In this document: positions 38,353 to 51,044 of the stretch, one piece after another
How positions within the stretch are numbered: the stretch's first letter is position 1
Layout of the letters: every line of letters starts with the position of its first letter
From: Hydrolagus affinis
Taxonomy: Eukaryota
Length of the DNA stretch: 64,000 bases
Direction of reading: 5' to 3'
Assembly (NCBI GenBank): GCA_012026655.1
Contig: JAAILG010000517.1
Coordinates: 1 to 64,000, forward strand
Program-made: the position numbers and the translations under genes
Notes under the pieces: generated by a model
Seen by the model: only the letters and a program-made list of their open reading frames with translations
Told to the model about the DNA's origin: nothing
The model's database searches: none

Positions 38353-41300
38353 AATTGGATTTGCTCTATCACAAATTGTTTCAAGAGGCCTTGTGTACAC
38401 AAGCCATGACTTTTGATGCTTTTTCCGATAATGCATCCTTATTCTACTTGGTATTTCACAAAAGGCAGTTATTGCTGCAAAATAGTTTATCACCAACACA
38501 AGAAAAGCATGATAGAAATAATGATAATATGATGAGTGCAGCTATTATCTTCTGAAAATAAATCTGCAACAATCTTCTATAGAGTAGCTGGAAATTTATT
38601 ACTGAATGATTTCCATGCTTCTAAATCTAAAATGGAGCTATGAATGCCAACAAAATGGTTAGTGCTCTTTTATCCTCTATCCTGGCCCTCTCCAAAACCC
38701 CTAATACCCCGCTGATGTATTCTTTTGCACCCTTGCCTGATTAAGTGTCTAAGCTCTAGTGACAGAACTAAAGAAACCATAGTGATAAGAGGATACAAGC
38801 TCTGGCTGAAACCATACATACACCGGCAATCACAGTCATTCACACTGAGTTAATAACCTGAGTTCCAATTAACTCAATGATCCACAAACAACCCTAATGC
38901 ACTTGCAGTCTGTCACAGATTCCCCATGGGATTAGGACAGCACAGATAAAACCTGAAGCAAGTCGACTTTATCAATGAAAACATACAATTTACTACCAGC
39001 AAACATGATTGTAAGGCATCCCTGTACTTTATTCTAATATTTTCCTGTAGCTGTTAATATATTGTCTGGTGTGCTGGGCTACAAGCAGTCAAGTTAGAGT
39101 TTACAGCTGATACACTCAGTCAGAGCATTTATCAATGTATAATGCATGCATATCAGGCACTAAACACAAAACATAGCATTGTGTGTGTTTTAATAAGAAA
39201 TCCATTATATTAGAGCAATAAAAATCTCATTAATATTTGACAATTTGGTACATGATAGATGTGACACAAAATGGCATCAAATGGACGCTAATTGTGCAGT
39301 ACAAATAGGGCATTGGATAAACTCTACCTGGAGACAGATGGAGTGTGAGTTTTCAAACTATTAGTGACGTTCACGTAAAGACCCCTGCTGTGAACAAATC
39401 GCCATATAAGGAAACCAGTTAAAGAGTGACATTCAAACAGGGATTCATAACAGCAAGAACTTGCATCAGAATAATAATGCTCGCCAATATTAAATGAGCG
39501 GAAGAAAAATAAACTGCCCCCAGTTTCCAGCAACAAAAAGAATAACACTCAATTAATGTTATATTCAAATAGAAATGAGTGTGGTTTTTTTGGGATAGGG
39601 TAGGGGGGTGGGCTGGTATCAGAGATTCCTTAACATGTCTTCAGCAGGAGGTTCTGACCTGGTTCTACAGTCTTGAATTCAATTCCCAGACCAGCTCATT
39701 ACTGAATCTTACTTGTCAATCACTCCGTTAGGCCTCTGATGTAGTTTGAGGGTCTCACGGGAATTGGAACCATCACTCTACCCTTTTGTGTTGTCGGTGT
39801 TGTGATTCAAAGAGGATTTTCTTTTCAAACCGTGGAGCTTGGAAAAGTGCAATATTTTCTTTCCCCACCCTGCCTGCTCCCTTCATTTTGATTTAAGCGC
39901 CAATAGATTTTTCATGGTGTGCGGAAATGTTTTTGTTTTGTAAGCTTTTGGCTATTTCTCGTAGCCTTTGAAACCATTTCCATGAGGATATAACTTAATG
40001 CAACTGCACAAGTAAATCCAAGACTAGAATTAGGAAACATCTGTTCGCTGCTTGAATACATATGCTCTGAGTAGGCTTTCTGCTAGGGCAGTAAAAAAGG
40101 CATTCCCTTCACACCTCTGTGGTAGACAGTTGAATGGAGGCTTACAACAGACTCTCATGCCAATCAATTTGAGAAATGTATGGACAATTTTCAATTCATG
40201 TTGCTAGAATTGGTATGTCCCATTATTAATGAAATGCCATGTACGCATTCTACTTTTATGCAAACAAAGGCCATATTCCATTGACCGAGCTGTGAAGAAG
40301 CACTATTGCTATAAAGATTGGAATGCTTTCTGCATTATTTACCTATTCTTTAACTGCAGAGAGATGAACAGCTATTGGGGCTGAATGAAAGATGAGAGTC
40401 AGACACTTAAATAACACAAGAGCAAATATAAACATTTGGGTCTGGATTGCACAGTGGTTACACGCCCGTCTCTGGCACCTAGGATTGAGTGCAACCTGTA
40501 TACCTGTAAAATGACGCAATTTCTTGTAAAGTTCCTTGTATCCATTTATAATATGTTTATTGCAAAATAAATGGAGGCGCCTTCTCACCAGCTCCTCCAA
40601 CCAAGTATAGCTAAGATCGGGTCCGAAACTCTAACTGCCCACCGTCTTGGGACGTCCTCCCGACATGAAAGGCGCTACAGAAATATAATTTTGTTGTTGT
40701 GGTTCGTTGTAATTGACGAATTAGAGTGTAAATTGCCGGGAGAGTTCCTCATCACCATTGCAGCCCAGCGATGCTCAGCAAGGGTGCTGGAACTACTAGG
40801 TTAAAAGCATCCTCTTGACGTACTGCTCCATTCAACGGCTAGGCTAAGAACAATCTCTATTTTCCCAAATGGGAACCAACCAGTTTGAGTGACAGGGAGC
40901 CTTGAGATTCAAACACGTGACCTTCTGTCGATAAATTCAACATTCAAGTAAGAAATTCTAGTCACCTTGTTGGTGGCACAAACAATGCAGTCTCACCTTG
41001 AATTTCACCTCGATAACTTTTGCTACAACAGACAGCATTTGTATTCTCCATTCTTTTAAATTTAACTCTGAAATCCCAACGGAGCTGCCTGTCATTGTTG
41101 TTCTGGTCCTAGTTCTGGGTTAGAGGCACCAGAGCAGCAGTAGATTATTTTAGTGTTTTCAAGACTGCACTATTTAGAAATTGCTCATTTCTGTGTCAAT
41201 TACCCACCGGCATCCCCAGTGACTAGTGATGTAGTCAGGTCAAGTTAAAAGGCATGGAATGTCATCTGACATTGTCTGGACTGTTATGACCTTGAATAAG

Positions 41301-41523
41301 ATTTCTTGTATTCAAGCTATAATTACCTTCAGACATGATTCCTACGAACCAAAATGCTGTGTGAGCCATTGTGTGTATGGCTGTTTATTTATTCTGCAGT
41401 CAGGTAATTCTGATACTGTTAATTGGGTATTTTTCCTGTTGAATTTTTATTGATTAAAAATATAACAATCTTTATATTTGATATGGCAGGCATTGTCTTA
41501 TAGCTCTTCACAGAATAATGCAT

Positions 41524-42337
41524 GGAAAGTTCCAGGACTTAAAAATTAATTTGATTGGTCACCAAAGGAAATACAATTCATAAGATATATATTTGGCCGC
41601 TGTGACTTATTTCGCTGAGCTAGTTATGATTTTGCAAGGAGTTTTTGACACGCCTGACAAATATAAAATAAGTCTCTTAATGCTATATTTATGCTTCTTT
41701 GCTTCTGACAGTATAACAACATGGAACAGGGTGTCAGATTCACACGTTTCCTCCCTCGACATTGAGTCAAGTCAGCACATTATTTTCTGGATCGCACATT
41801 TGTTTTTTAAGAAGCATTGAAGAGCCAGCTGAACAATTGAGTCCTCCAGATATAAAAGGCGCTACATCAGCTGCAAGGATTATTATATTTAGTGTCTGCA
41901 CTTGATGCCACCTGAAGGAGATGATTTAGGTGCAGTGTGGTTTACACCCACGCATTGTAAACGTGGGTGGCCGCAAATCGCACTTGGCTAGCTCCTATAT
42001 TCAAAATTCTCGACTGAATTATTTTTTATGCTGTTAGACCTAGTTGTTCAACTGGCTCGTCAATAGATTGCAAAACAAAATGCATGATGTTAGCGTAATG
42101 TGCTGACTTGACCCGATGTGGAGGGCCACACGTGTAAATCTGACACCCTGATGCATTTTGCCATAGTGTCAGGGAGTAAAGCAGCGGCATTAAGGAACGA
42201 TATTTGTCTGGCGTGTCAAAAACTCCTTGAAAAATCATAACTAGCCCAGCGAAATGAGTCACAGCGGCCAAATATATATTAAGAATTGTATTTCCTTTGG
42301 CTACCAGTCAAATTCATTTTAAATCCTGGAAGTTTCC
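41524..42337. repeat. Long inverted repeat (arms about 41524-41857 and 42024-42337), probable non-autonomous DNA transposon or foldback
   Basis: The arms align as reverse complements, e.g. ccaaaggaaatacaattc, tatatatttggccgctgtgact, caaggagtttttgacacgcc, cagggtgtcagatt, gtcaagtcagcacatta. This explains the twin ORFs 41593+ and 42026-. Confidence 0.92.
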
Positions 42338-42340
42338 CCC

Positions 42341-42573
42341 GGCCTGCTGTTAGGTGAAGCAGGATGGAGCCACATACTGTGAAGAAGCAGAACAGTTTGA
42401 CAGAATCTAGTAACAAAACACGAAGCTGCTAATTCCAGAGCAAACTGCGCAGGTTCGGCAGTAAGTGATTTCACCAACACTCCGGAGACTATTTTGACAA
42501 ATGTTTTGTTTCAAGATTCTGTCAAGGTTTCCACAGAGCGTGGTGATTATGGCTCCATCTTAGCAGCAGGACC
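42341..42573. repeat. Second, degenerate foldback/MITE-like element
   Basis: cctgctg..gatggagcca..ttgacagaatct..aacaaaaca is mirrored by tgttttgtt..agattctgtcaa..tggctccatc..cagcagg. Confidence 0.72.
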
Positions 42574-44002
42574 AAGATACGAGAATGTTTTAAGTGAATT
42601 AGAGTGATTTTAAAGCAAGATAATCGATCAAATAAAATCTGACCAGTATAATTGGTTTCACTAAATTTAATTGGTCATAATTTTGTGATGATATGTTTGA
42701 TTCAGCTGACAAATCTCGTCCTCTAAGGTGTATCATGACATTATAGCATAGCCGTAACAGTTGATTTTACACAATTACATTGCATGAAAGCAATAATTTA
42801 ATATATTAGGAACTTTAATGATTTTTAAGGCAAGTCATTGCACATTACAATTTCTGAAAGTGCCGAAATTATTCTTTGAGGCAATTTATCACAAGATTAT
42901 AGTAAATGATGTGTTGAAGATCATTTAATAATAGTGCAGTTGTGCAGTGGTGGTTGTCCAGAAAATACGGATGTTGCAGGCAATTTCCTCCGGATTGGTG
43001 ATGGAGCAGGGACTCTGTGCACTGAAATTGCTCACAGAAACATTTTTTGGCTGACGATCGTAACAGACAGGGTTCCCTGTACGACTGGCTAGGAGGCAGA
43101 CGTCGTAAAAATAAATCTTAAAAATAACCCTTGTCAGAGAATTTAACAAGACTCAGACTTGATCAATAATCCTGACGGGGAAGCATGATCTCACCGTATT
43201 TTGTTATTGCACATTTCATTCCCAAGCTGCCAACAAGCAGGCTCGAACCTTGTGAGTCACGCAGTTCAAGCAGTGTCCTAAGACAGCCAGACAGCCAGGC
43301 TTTCGAAAGGCTGCACAGCAAGTGCAATGAGACTGTTTTCATTGTGAGGTTTGACAAATGATCCGTACAGCACCTAACGATAAGTTTAAAGAATAGTGCG
43401 GTAAAAATAGTGTCAGTTATTGAAGCACAGAATAAATAGTCCTTGGCACTAAAAGAAGAACATCAATAGAGTAGTCAGATGATTGGATCTAAGAAGAAGA
43501 GGAGGAGAGAGCAAATGATACTTTAAGGTGAAGTATTGAATTTCTAGATGGAAACTAAAGCTGAAATGAAAACTGAGTGCAGAGTTCAGAGATACAGCAC
43601 TTCACATCTATTTGGTCAAACCGTGCCCAAACTGTAATATCTATTTAACAGAATGAGCCAAAAATGTTTGAAACATGCTTTGAAACAGAAAAGCTTTTGA
43701 TTTTTTTTTCTCTCTGTGGGCTACAAAGCATGTTGTTCATTAGTTGGGAGCCTTAATGATGTAATCACCTGAACTGATCATGTTTCACTGAAATTTCACT
43801 TGTCCAACTATCAAGGCTGCTGGAAAGAAATGCCTCTGCAGAAAATTTGTGCCAAATTGCTGAACTTGAAATAGCTCTGAAAGAAATCGATGCTGTTCTC
43901 TTTTGCATTTTAACAGACTGTGCTGTGCGTATGTGAGCATATGAAGTATTTGCTGCCTGGTGTTTACTTGGTTAACTTTGCTCTCTCTCTCTCTTTTTCC
44001 AG

Positions 44003-44165
44003 CAGTATTGCTTTGCAGAATTCCCACAGCACAGGGTCAGGGCATTCCAGTGGTGGATCAAGCAGCTCCAGTGAATCTGGGAGCAGTTCCGAATCTGATT
44101 CAGACAGCGAAAGCAGTTCCAGTGATAGTGAGTGCAATAAAGCTTCACGCAATGCAACGCCAGAG
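44003..44165 (+). CDS. AFF2: AFF2 Ser-rich exon (SDE motif): SIALQNSHSTGSGHSSGGSSSSSESGSSSESDSDSESSSSDSECNKASRNATPE
   Basis: (CT)n tract then ccag|cag acceptor; GAG|gtaagg donor. Poly-Ser/acidic tract typical of AFF proteins. Confidence 0.94.
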
Positions 44166-45348
44166 GTAAGGTGGTCTCTCCTCAGCCAGACACATGTTAT
44201 GGGGGTGGGGTCTGTACTCCCAGCCAGATACCTTTATTGACAAGACTGATGACGGCTGTGTCCATTAATAGATTTATCTTAAAATGTGGCCTGAGGTCTC
44301 TGATATGTTTTTCTCATTACATTTGATTTGTTACCTAATTAACAAAATTGCGAATTTCCTCATGATAATACTTAGCTTGTCCCGTGAATACCTACAGTTT
44401 CCTGCCTTAAACCCCTCCTCTTCTATTGGAGCAGAGTCCATTGAGTAAAATTGGGACTGTGCCTACACAACTGGACATGTTTCACATGTGAATAGGGCAG
44501 TTACTATCAGCTAGCTGTTCAGAAGAACTGGTTTGGTCCAGTTATAATCCTCCAAACTGGATGATGTGGAGGCCTAAATGGCCTAAATGCACATTAAAAC
44601 AGGTCCACTCACACAAATGTACACAAAGATGTACACACATCACAGATGAGTATACACATATAAAGATATGCATACACATACATGCCCCTTGACAAATGTT
44701 AGCTGGATTGAAGCTTTAGTTGTTGTTTCCGTTAATTTCCTTGGTTACTTGGTCAGGCAAAATCAGGTAATGCATAACTGTAAAGGTGGACAAACTTTGT
44801 ACATCACCCATGTGTCTGCTGCGAGAATATTTTGCAATTCTGAGTAAGGTAAACACCATGGTAAGAAAAATAAGTGTGCAATGAACTCTTTTATCAACAG
44901 CAAACAGAAATTGTTGCGAAATCCTTCGATTGAAAAGATATAAAAGTTTTGTCATCGTTTTAGTTTGAAAAAGCATCAGCTTCATTATTGGGTGGGTGCC
45001 TTTTAATAGGTCAGTAGCACCCAGGAAACATTGTATTTTGTAGTTTTGAGCTATGCTGACTTTGTTTAGGAGAACTAGAATAATCCTTGCATTTGATACT
45101 CCTGAGAGAATCCGATATCCACACTAATTGGGACAAGCCCTAGTGTTGACAGGAAAACAATGTAGATATCACCGTTCAGACAACATTCCATTAAAGTCAT
45201 AATGATACATTCCTCCCATACATGCACGCAAACCGAAAACACAACTGACATCTTAAGACACATGTGCGGATCATCGGTTGTGCTGTGAATGCAATTTATT
45301 ATTACTGTGAGATATAACCTAATTTTTTATTTTGCTTTTGTTTAATAG

Positions 45349-46350
45349 CCCGAACCACCTTCTACTAACAAGTGGCAGTTGGATAAATGGTTAAACAAAG
45401 TAAACTCTCACAACAAAACAATTATAAACAATCAAACCGAGTGCCATGGGCTGAATGATTCTCAGTCTCAAGGCAACCAACAAAATGAAGGACAGAGCAA
45501 AGGTAAACAGACTGGTCCATTGCCTCAGCCAGATTCCAAAGAGAGAGTTTTGCTGAGCTCCATCAGGGAGAAAGCGAAACCAAGGACTGCTCAGAAACCC
45601 CCTGAAGGTAAAAGTGTGAAGCAAAAATCACCGGCACATAATGAACCAGCTCCTCAGAGGAAAACCACTGGCAAAAAGCAACCCAGGAGAGTTGAGCGGA
45701 CATCCAGTGTGGAGGATTATAACTGGACCAAACCAAATAACCCCAGCAGCACTCCCAAAGAAAAGGAAAGTCGAGGAGCCTCTTCAGAACAACCCAAAGC
45801 AAAAGCAAAAGCAGCCAGTGGCAAAACAGGGCCTCGGAAAGAGCCAAGGACTAACACGGGTGTCGCTGTTGACAAGAAAAAAAACAGAGGGCCCAGTAAG
45901 ATTCTGCCTAAATCTAGAGAGTTTGTGGAAACTGATTCATCGGATTCTCACACAGACCAAGAAGAAATTGTTCCAGTGAAAATCTCCGCACCTTCCACTG
46001 TGACTGCCAGTTCGCTCAAACCTAAGGAATGTGGTAACCTCAGTAACTTTGCAAGTACCTTTATAAGCAGCACTTCCATTGACCAAGCCACTAATGACAT
46101 AGAAGAACAATCATTTTCACCTATTCCACTACCACAAACTGAACTTCTTTCCCCCCTGAGAGACTACGAAGAGGTCAAATCCCTCTGGGTAAAATTCGAC
46201 CTAAGCCTCTTGTCCAGGATCCCTGGCCAAGCACCAGTGGAGACTGCCTCAACCAAGCCAGAGAACAGACAGCCTATCAGTAAACACAGCTGTCAGTCCC
46301 CTACACCAGTTACAGATAAAAGCAGCACTAAAACAAAACGGAAACACAAG
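45349..46350 (+). CDS. AFF2: AFF2 large exon, 1002 nt: PEPPSTNKWQLDKWLNKV ... GKKQPRRVE ... KSREFVETDSS ... LWVKFDLSLLSRIPG ... KRKHK
   Basis: Acceptor ttttgtttaatag|CCC, donor AAG|gttagt. Overlaps ORF 45379-46383. Contains the NKW motif and the ENL/AF9-binding motif. Confidence 0.97.
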
Positions 46351-46534
46351 GTTAGTAACCTTTTGGGAAATCAGCAGAAGTGAGGTTGAAAAACAGATTT
46401 TGTATATGTCCAGGAAACATTTCAGCTTTCACACATAGCTTTACCAGGTTATCAGACATCAGACCTGCTGAGGTGGTTCCATTAAAAAAAATTAAATATG
46501 TGTTTTTATTTTATGTAGGTTTATATAAAGATTG

Positions 46535-46727
46535 TATTGTACAGAAGCAGCGCACTCACTCAGCTTAACAGTCCACGACGGTGTTTATACTCCACACGAA
46601 TCTTCACCCATTTCCTTACTCCCTCACGTTTCCCTCTCCGTCATGTGAAAGTTTAATTTCCTCTTGATGCATCTGCACCATCTGATTGAACCACTGCTTC
46701 AGGCAGCGAGTTCCACAATCTCACTAT
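46535..46727 (-). mobile_element. CR1 LINE 3' end
   Basis: Minus strand reads IVRLWNSLPEAVVQ, followed by a CR1-like 3' UTR (tcgtgtggagtataaacacc...ggactg). Confidence 0.75.
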
Positions 46728-47707
46728 ACCCTCATTACACTATCATTACCCTTTTTTTTAGATGTCTTTGCTGTAAAGATTCTTTAACACTGCTGTAGAG
46801 ACTATTAGCCTATAAATGTCACTTGCACTATCTTGGCTGAATGTTTAACCTGAATTTGCACAAACGTAAAGTGTTATTTATCAGAATTTCCGCAATACCC
46901 ACTAACTTCCTTCTAGGGAGAGAATGCGCATTCCATTTCAACAATCTGTCTCCAGAAATTCTGTAGGTGGGACGTATAGAAATCTGTTTGCTTTGCATAC
47001 TCTAAGGCGAGGTAACGGGTTTCCACATTTGCCAGATATCCAGCTAACCACATAAAACACCTTACTTTATAGGTGCATATTTACTTCTACATGCCTTGGG
47101 ACATCCTCCTGACATGAAAGGCGCTGTACAAGTGTCATTTTGTTGTTGTTGTTTTACACAGACTCCGTGTTATTTTAGGATTTGAAAGGAAGATGGAAAT
47201 ATTATTTCTCAGCTGTAAACTAAGACTCACTGTGTCCTGTGGTTGGACAAAGGTTTTTGATTTGAATTCCCCCAATAGGAATAAACACAATTGTAACTGA
47301 GCTGTCAGACAGGGACGCAGGCTGTTTGTTCGCTATAGGGTGCACGTGAAAATCAGCAGATCTAGGCATATGTCAGCACCTGACTGAAGAATAAATGGCT
47401 TTAGAAGAGACCTGAGAACAGATTAGCTGCCCTACCTCTTGGCTCTTACAAACAGTGCAAATCTGACATCAAGTGAAAGGTAAATCTGAGGGAGAGAGTG
47501 AAGAAAAGTCAAAAGCAAAATACCGTACTCTTTTTATCCAGCTTCTTTATAAATATTTTCTTCAGTTGTCATTACTTGAACTGAGAAGCCGAGTACACTA
47601 AAGTTATCAAGTGTACTCAGAGCAAGCTTGAGGAAGGTCCTTTCTGTATGTTTTACCCTTTCTGTTGCTGTTTACCTTTTACAACTTGTACTTTCTTTTC
47701 TGACTAG

Positions 47708-47832
47708 TGTGAAAATACAGAAGCGCTGTGTGACAGCAAGAAACAGCGCCTAGAGAAAGAGACGCCTGCTGTAACTCCAGCACCTACCAGTTGTCCCGCC
47801 ATCCCTGGTCATAAAACCCCAAACAGCAAAGA
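47708..47832 (+). CDS. AFF2: AFF2 exon, 125 nt: CENTEALCDSKKQRLEKETPAVTPAPTSCPAIPGHKTPNSK(E)
   Basis: Acceptor ctttcttttctgactag, donor GA|gtatgt. KKQRLE basic motif; phases fit both neighbours. Confidence 0.9.
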
Positions 47833-47957
47833 GTATGTACCTGTACATTTATAGCCTCTGACGCCATTGTAAATCAGTTTACTTATTAAATAGTGCCCCA
47901 AAAATCGAAAATATATTTAATGCTGTACATATGTAAATAAAACATGCTTTTATAATA

Positions 47958-48148
47958 CATCATAATAATAATAATCGTTTGATCACTCAATCCACGACTG
48001 TTTGTGAGGCACTGCAGTGCATAATTGCTGCTGCATGCCGCCCATAAAATATGCAGTCAATTCACTCTACAGTATATTCTGTGAAATGCTTTGAGACGTC
48101 TCGAAGACTTAATAAGGCGCTATAGCAAATGCAATTATTATTGTTATG
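47958..48148 (+). mobile_element. 5'-truncated ATT-tailed SINE
   Basis: caatccacgactgtttgtg...cagtcaattcactctacagtatattctgtgaa...gagacgtctcgaagac...ggcgctatagcaaatgca. Confidence 0.83.
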
Positions 48149-48328
48149 TCTTACATTGCACAGTGACAGAGGTAATTACCGTTTAATATAACAGTTCTGG
48201 TTGCAGTTATAGATTTAAATGAATTACCTCCAATTCATTTGTGATATTAAAAAGCAATATTAACAGGTAAAAGGTGCAACACTGTACAAATCATCCCTGT
48301 TTTTTTTTCCTCCCCCTTTCCGCTGCAG

Positions 48329-48545
48329 GCCATCAAAGCAGATGACGAAGAAGGAGAAGAAATTCCCCCCTCCGCTGTCACCACTTCCAGAAGAGCCTTC
48401 ATACAAGCGTTGGAACAGTGACAATGCTTCCTTGAGTCAGGAGAGCAATAGCAACTCTGCACAGTCCAGTGCCTCGCAGCCCACTGCAACCTACAAACAC
48501 CGTAAATCTGACAGCAAGTCGTCCTGCCATGCAAAAAATAGGATT
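48329..48545 (+). CDS. AFF2: AFF2 exon, 217 nt: PSKQMTKKEKKFPPPLSPLPEEP ... HAKNRI
   Basis: Acceptor cccctttccgctgcag|G, donor ATT|gtaagt. FPPPLSPLPE motif. Confidence 0.93.
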
Positions 48546-50237
48546 GTAAGTTCTTTACTCTCGCTCTCTTTCTACTGCACCAAAAGTGAAAGCATCCCGG
48601 AGATGGATCAAAACCCTATTTATCTTGTATTTGATACCGCTTGATGATGCAGGAGAGACACTTTATCTTGGTCAGCCGGGTGTCTGACAGATGCGCAAAG
48701 CTATTTCTATGCTTGAGCGTATCCAAACCAAACTGAGATTTCCATGTATGCTACCTACGCATGGGAATTTTTGTGTGTGGAATGGATTGCGTACTCTTCC
48801 TCCCAGTGGGTCACACCCTACGTACTTAATTCCCGAGAGTGTTGGGCACAGGTTGGCAAGAATGTCTGTTTGGGGTGGTGGTGGGTGGGGGGGGAAGGTG
48901 TCTGCTGGAATTTAACTGGCTAAAACTTCATATCTTGCCATTGAGAACACTGTCTGGCAAGCTTCCTACTGCTTGTTCAGCTAAGAAGACCCTGCTTAAC
49001 AGATCTGGTTTAATTGGGTTAACAGGAGCCGAGCGGGTTCAATCCCTGCCCCACAATCACTTGTATACCTTTGCAATTCAACACGAACAGGGTTAATATT
49101 TGAAGTGCTTGCAATATTAATATTAAATCAATTTTAAAAATGTCTTTTCTGTATCATGCGTGTATCTTAGGCATTTCATTGCCACAATTCCACATAGCGG
49201 AATTAATGATTTAAAGATTCCACCAGTAAAGCGGGTTATCCCTGGGGCTGAACTGGTTTCTGAGTAGATGAGCACAGCGCAGGCAGGCAGGCTCCATAGT
49301 AATCTAAATATCTCGTTAATGTTTGACCAGCTCAAAAACAGGACAGATTCTTAACCCAGTAGGCTGACAGATAGGTCACCCTGAGCTGGACAATATCATC
49401 CTGACTGTTTTTTCAGATGGGGGTAGACGGGATTTCAGTGGAACTTTACTTTAATGACAAAATCCTCGTCTTAATATACGTGAGTGGTGGGCCTGTTATC
49501 TCTCTTCAGAAGACACGCATACCGTAGTGTTAATAAAATGGTACAGCCCACGCTGTGCACATTCACCTCCACTAAACCACCACAGTACATTATAAATGGA
49601 TGAAGCACTTGTACACTTCAATTTAAGTCGAACCCGTGTTGAGCCCAAACTCCACTGATTCTCCGCAAAGGTGACCTCTGTTCCCACCTGATGTTTGTGT
49701 TCTCACCCATACAAAGAGGAGGTTTCTCTATGTATAATCGCTGCAGAAGCCCTCAAGGAGAAAATGAATGTTGGCATTTCATTTTCCCCCAAGAAGGACA
49801 TGAAAAGTAGTTTGAATTTGCCTGGAGAGAAACTAAACAATGACATCGAGAAAGTATATGCCATAGCCTTCGTATGCACGTTTCTCTTCATATTAAGATT
49901 GTACCTTTGAACTCCTCTACTGTTATGCAGACTGTAGCGGATTCTGCTACCAGCTTAGACATACCTGAATCAATGCTGTTGCTATGGTAACATTTCAGCT
50001 GTTTCTAAGTTATTACCGTCGTATTCACAGGATGGTTTGAGCTCTTCCTTTTCGGTTTTCAATTTATTCTTTTCAAATTCACTGACTGTTTTCAGCGTTT
50101 TTTTTTCTCTTTAAGTTAAATCGAAGTGGAATAAAAAGAGAGGTGATAAGGATTTGCATGTTTTGGTGAAATCCAGGAGAATAAAACAGCACTGATAATG
50201 TTTGCCTACTTATTAATTTGGTTCCCTGGATCTCAAT

Positions 50238-50620
50238 CTCAATTGGCTGCCACGTTTCGCCCACAAAAATACAGTCAATTCACTTCACAGTATATTCTGT
50301 GAAGCCTTTGAGACGTCTAGAAGACGTGAAAAGCGCTATATCAAATGGAAGGATTATTATTATTATATGGTATTTTTACAATAAGATCCCATGTCATTAT
50401 TTGAAACGAAAAGAGATACTCCCGGCTGACAATTTACTCCCACCCCCCGAAAAGTAATAATATGGGTCACTCACTCAATGGCTGTTTGTGGGATATTGCT
50501 GTGTGCAAATTGGCTGCCGCACCACATCACAAAACACACAGTCACTTCACTTTACAGTAAATCCTGTGAAGCACTTTGGGATACCCTCCCAATGTGGAAG
50601 TTGTCATGTAAGATGCAAGA
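50238..50620 (+). mobile_element. Two tandem SINE 3' fragments (50238-50368 young; about 50450-50620 older)
   Basis: Both contain aattggctgcc...cagtca.ttcact.tacagta...ctgtgaagc. Confidence 0.8.
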
Positions 50621-50916
50621 ATGACTGTCCGTATAAATATTTTAATCAAAAGCTGCTTTTCGACACACACTTTCAGAACCCACCTCTTTCTTTACACCAT
50701 CTTTAAAAAAAAGTCAGAAATGAGTGAATATTTCTCCTGAACCACAGTGTTAATGAGTGTTAATGAGAAATGTGCCAGTCATTACCAACGGGTTGAAAAA
50801 CAATTCCTGAATATCGGGCGGCAGTTTGAATGATAATCATGAATAGGAAACTCTGGATTAGAGTATAGACAAGGAATAAATAACGGGCTGCAATAACAAA
50901 TGCCTCTTTACTGCAG

Positions 50917-51044
50917 GAGGTCGAGTCGCATGCTGGTTCTTCAAGCAGTATTCATGAAAACAGCCAGCAGCAACCAGATCCCTGGTCATCGATATCCAAT
51001 GGCCATTCAGAGCCAAGAAGACCAAAATTAGCTTTTGATGACAC
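50917..51044 (+). CDS. AFF2: AFF2 exon, 128 nt: EVESHAGSSSSIHENSQQQPDPWSSISNGHSEPRRPKLAFDD(T)
   Basis: Acceptor ctctttactgcag|GAG, donor AC|gtatgt. RRPKLxFDD precedes the C-terminal homology domain. Confidence 0.92.

Noticed and set aside
41593-42271. Two similar ORFs (MAAVT.FA.LVMI.QGVFDTPDKY) on opposite strands, suggesting a gene pair
   Set aside because: They are the two arms of a DNA inverted repeat. Both start at TTG, and indels break the similarity downstream.
45391-45979. Overlapping alternative-frame and antisense ORFs in the large exon
   Set aside because: Shadow ORFs of the true coding exon with no independent signal.
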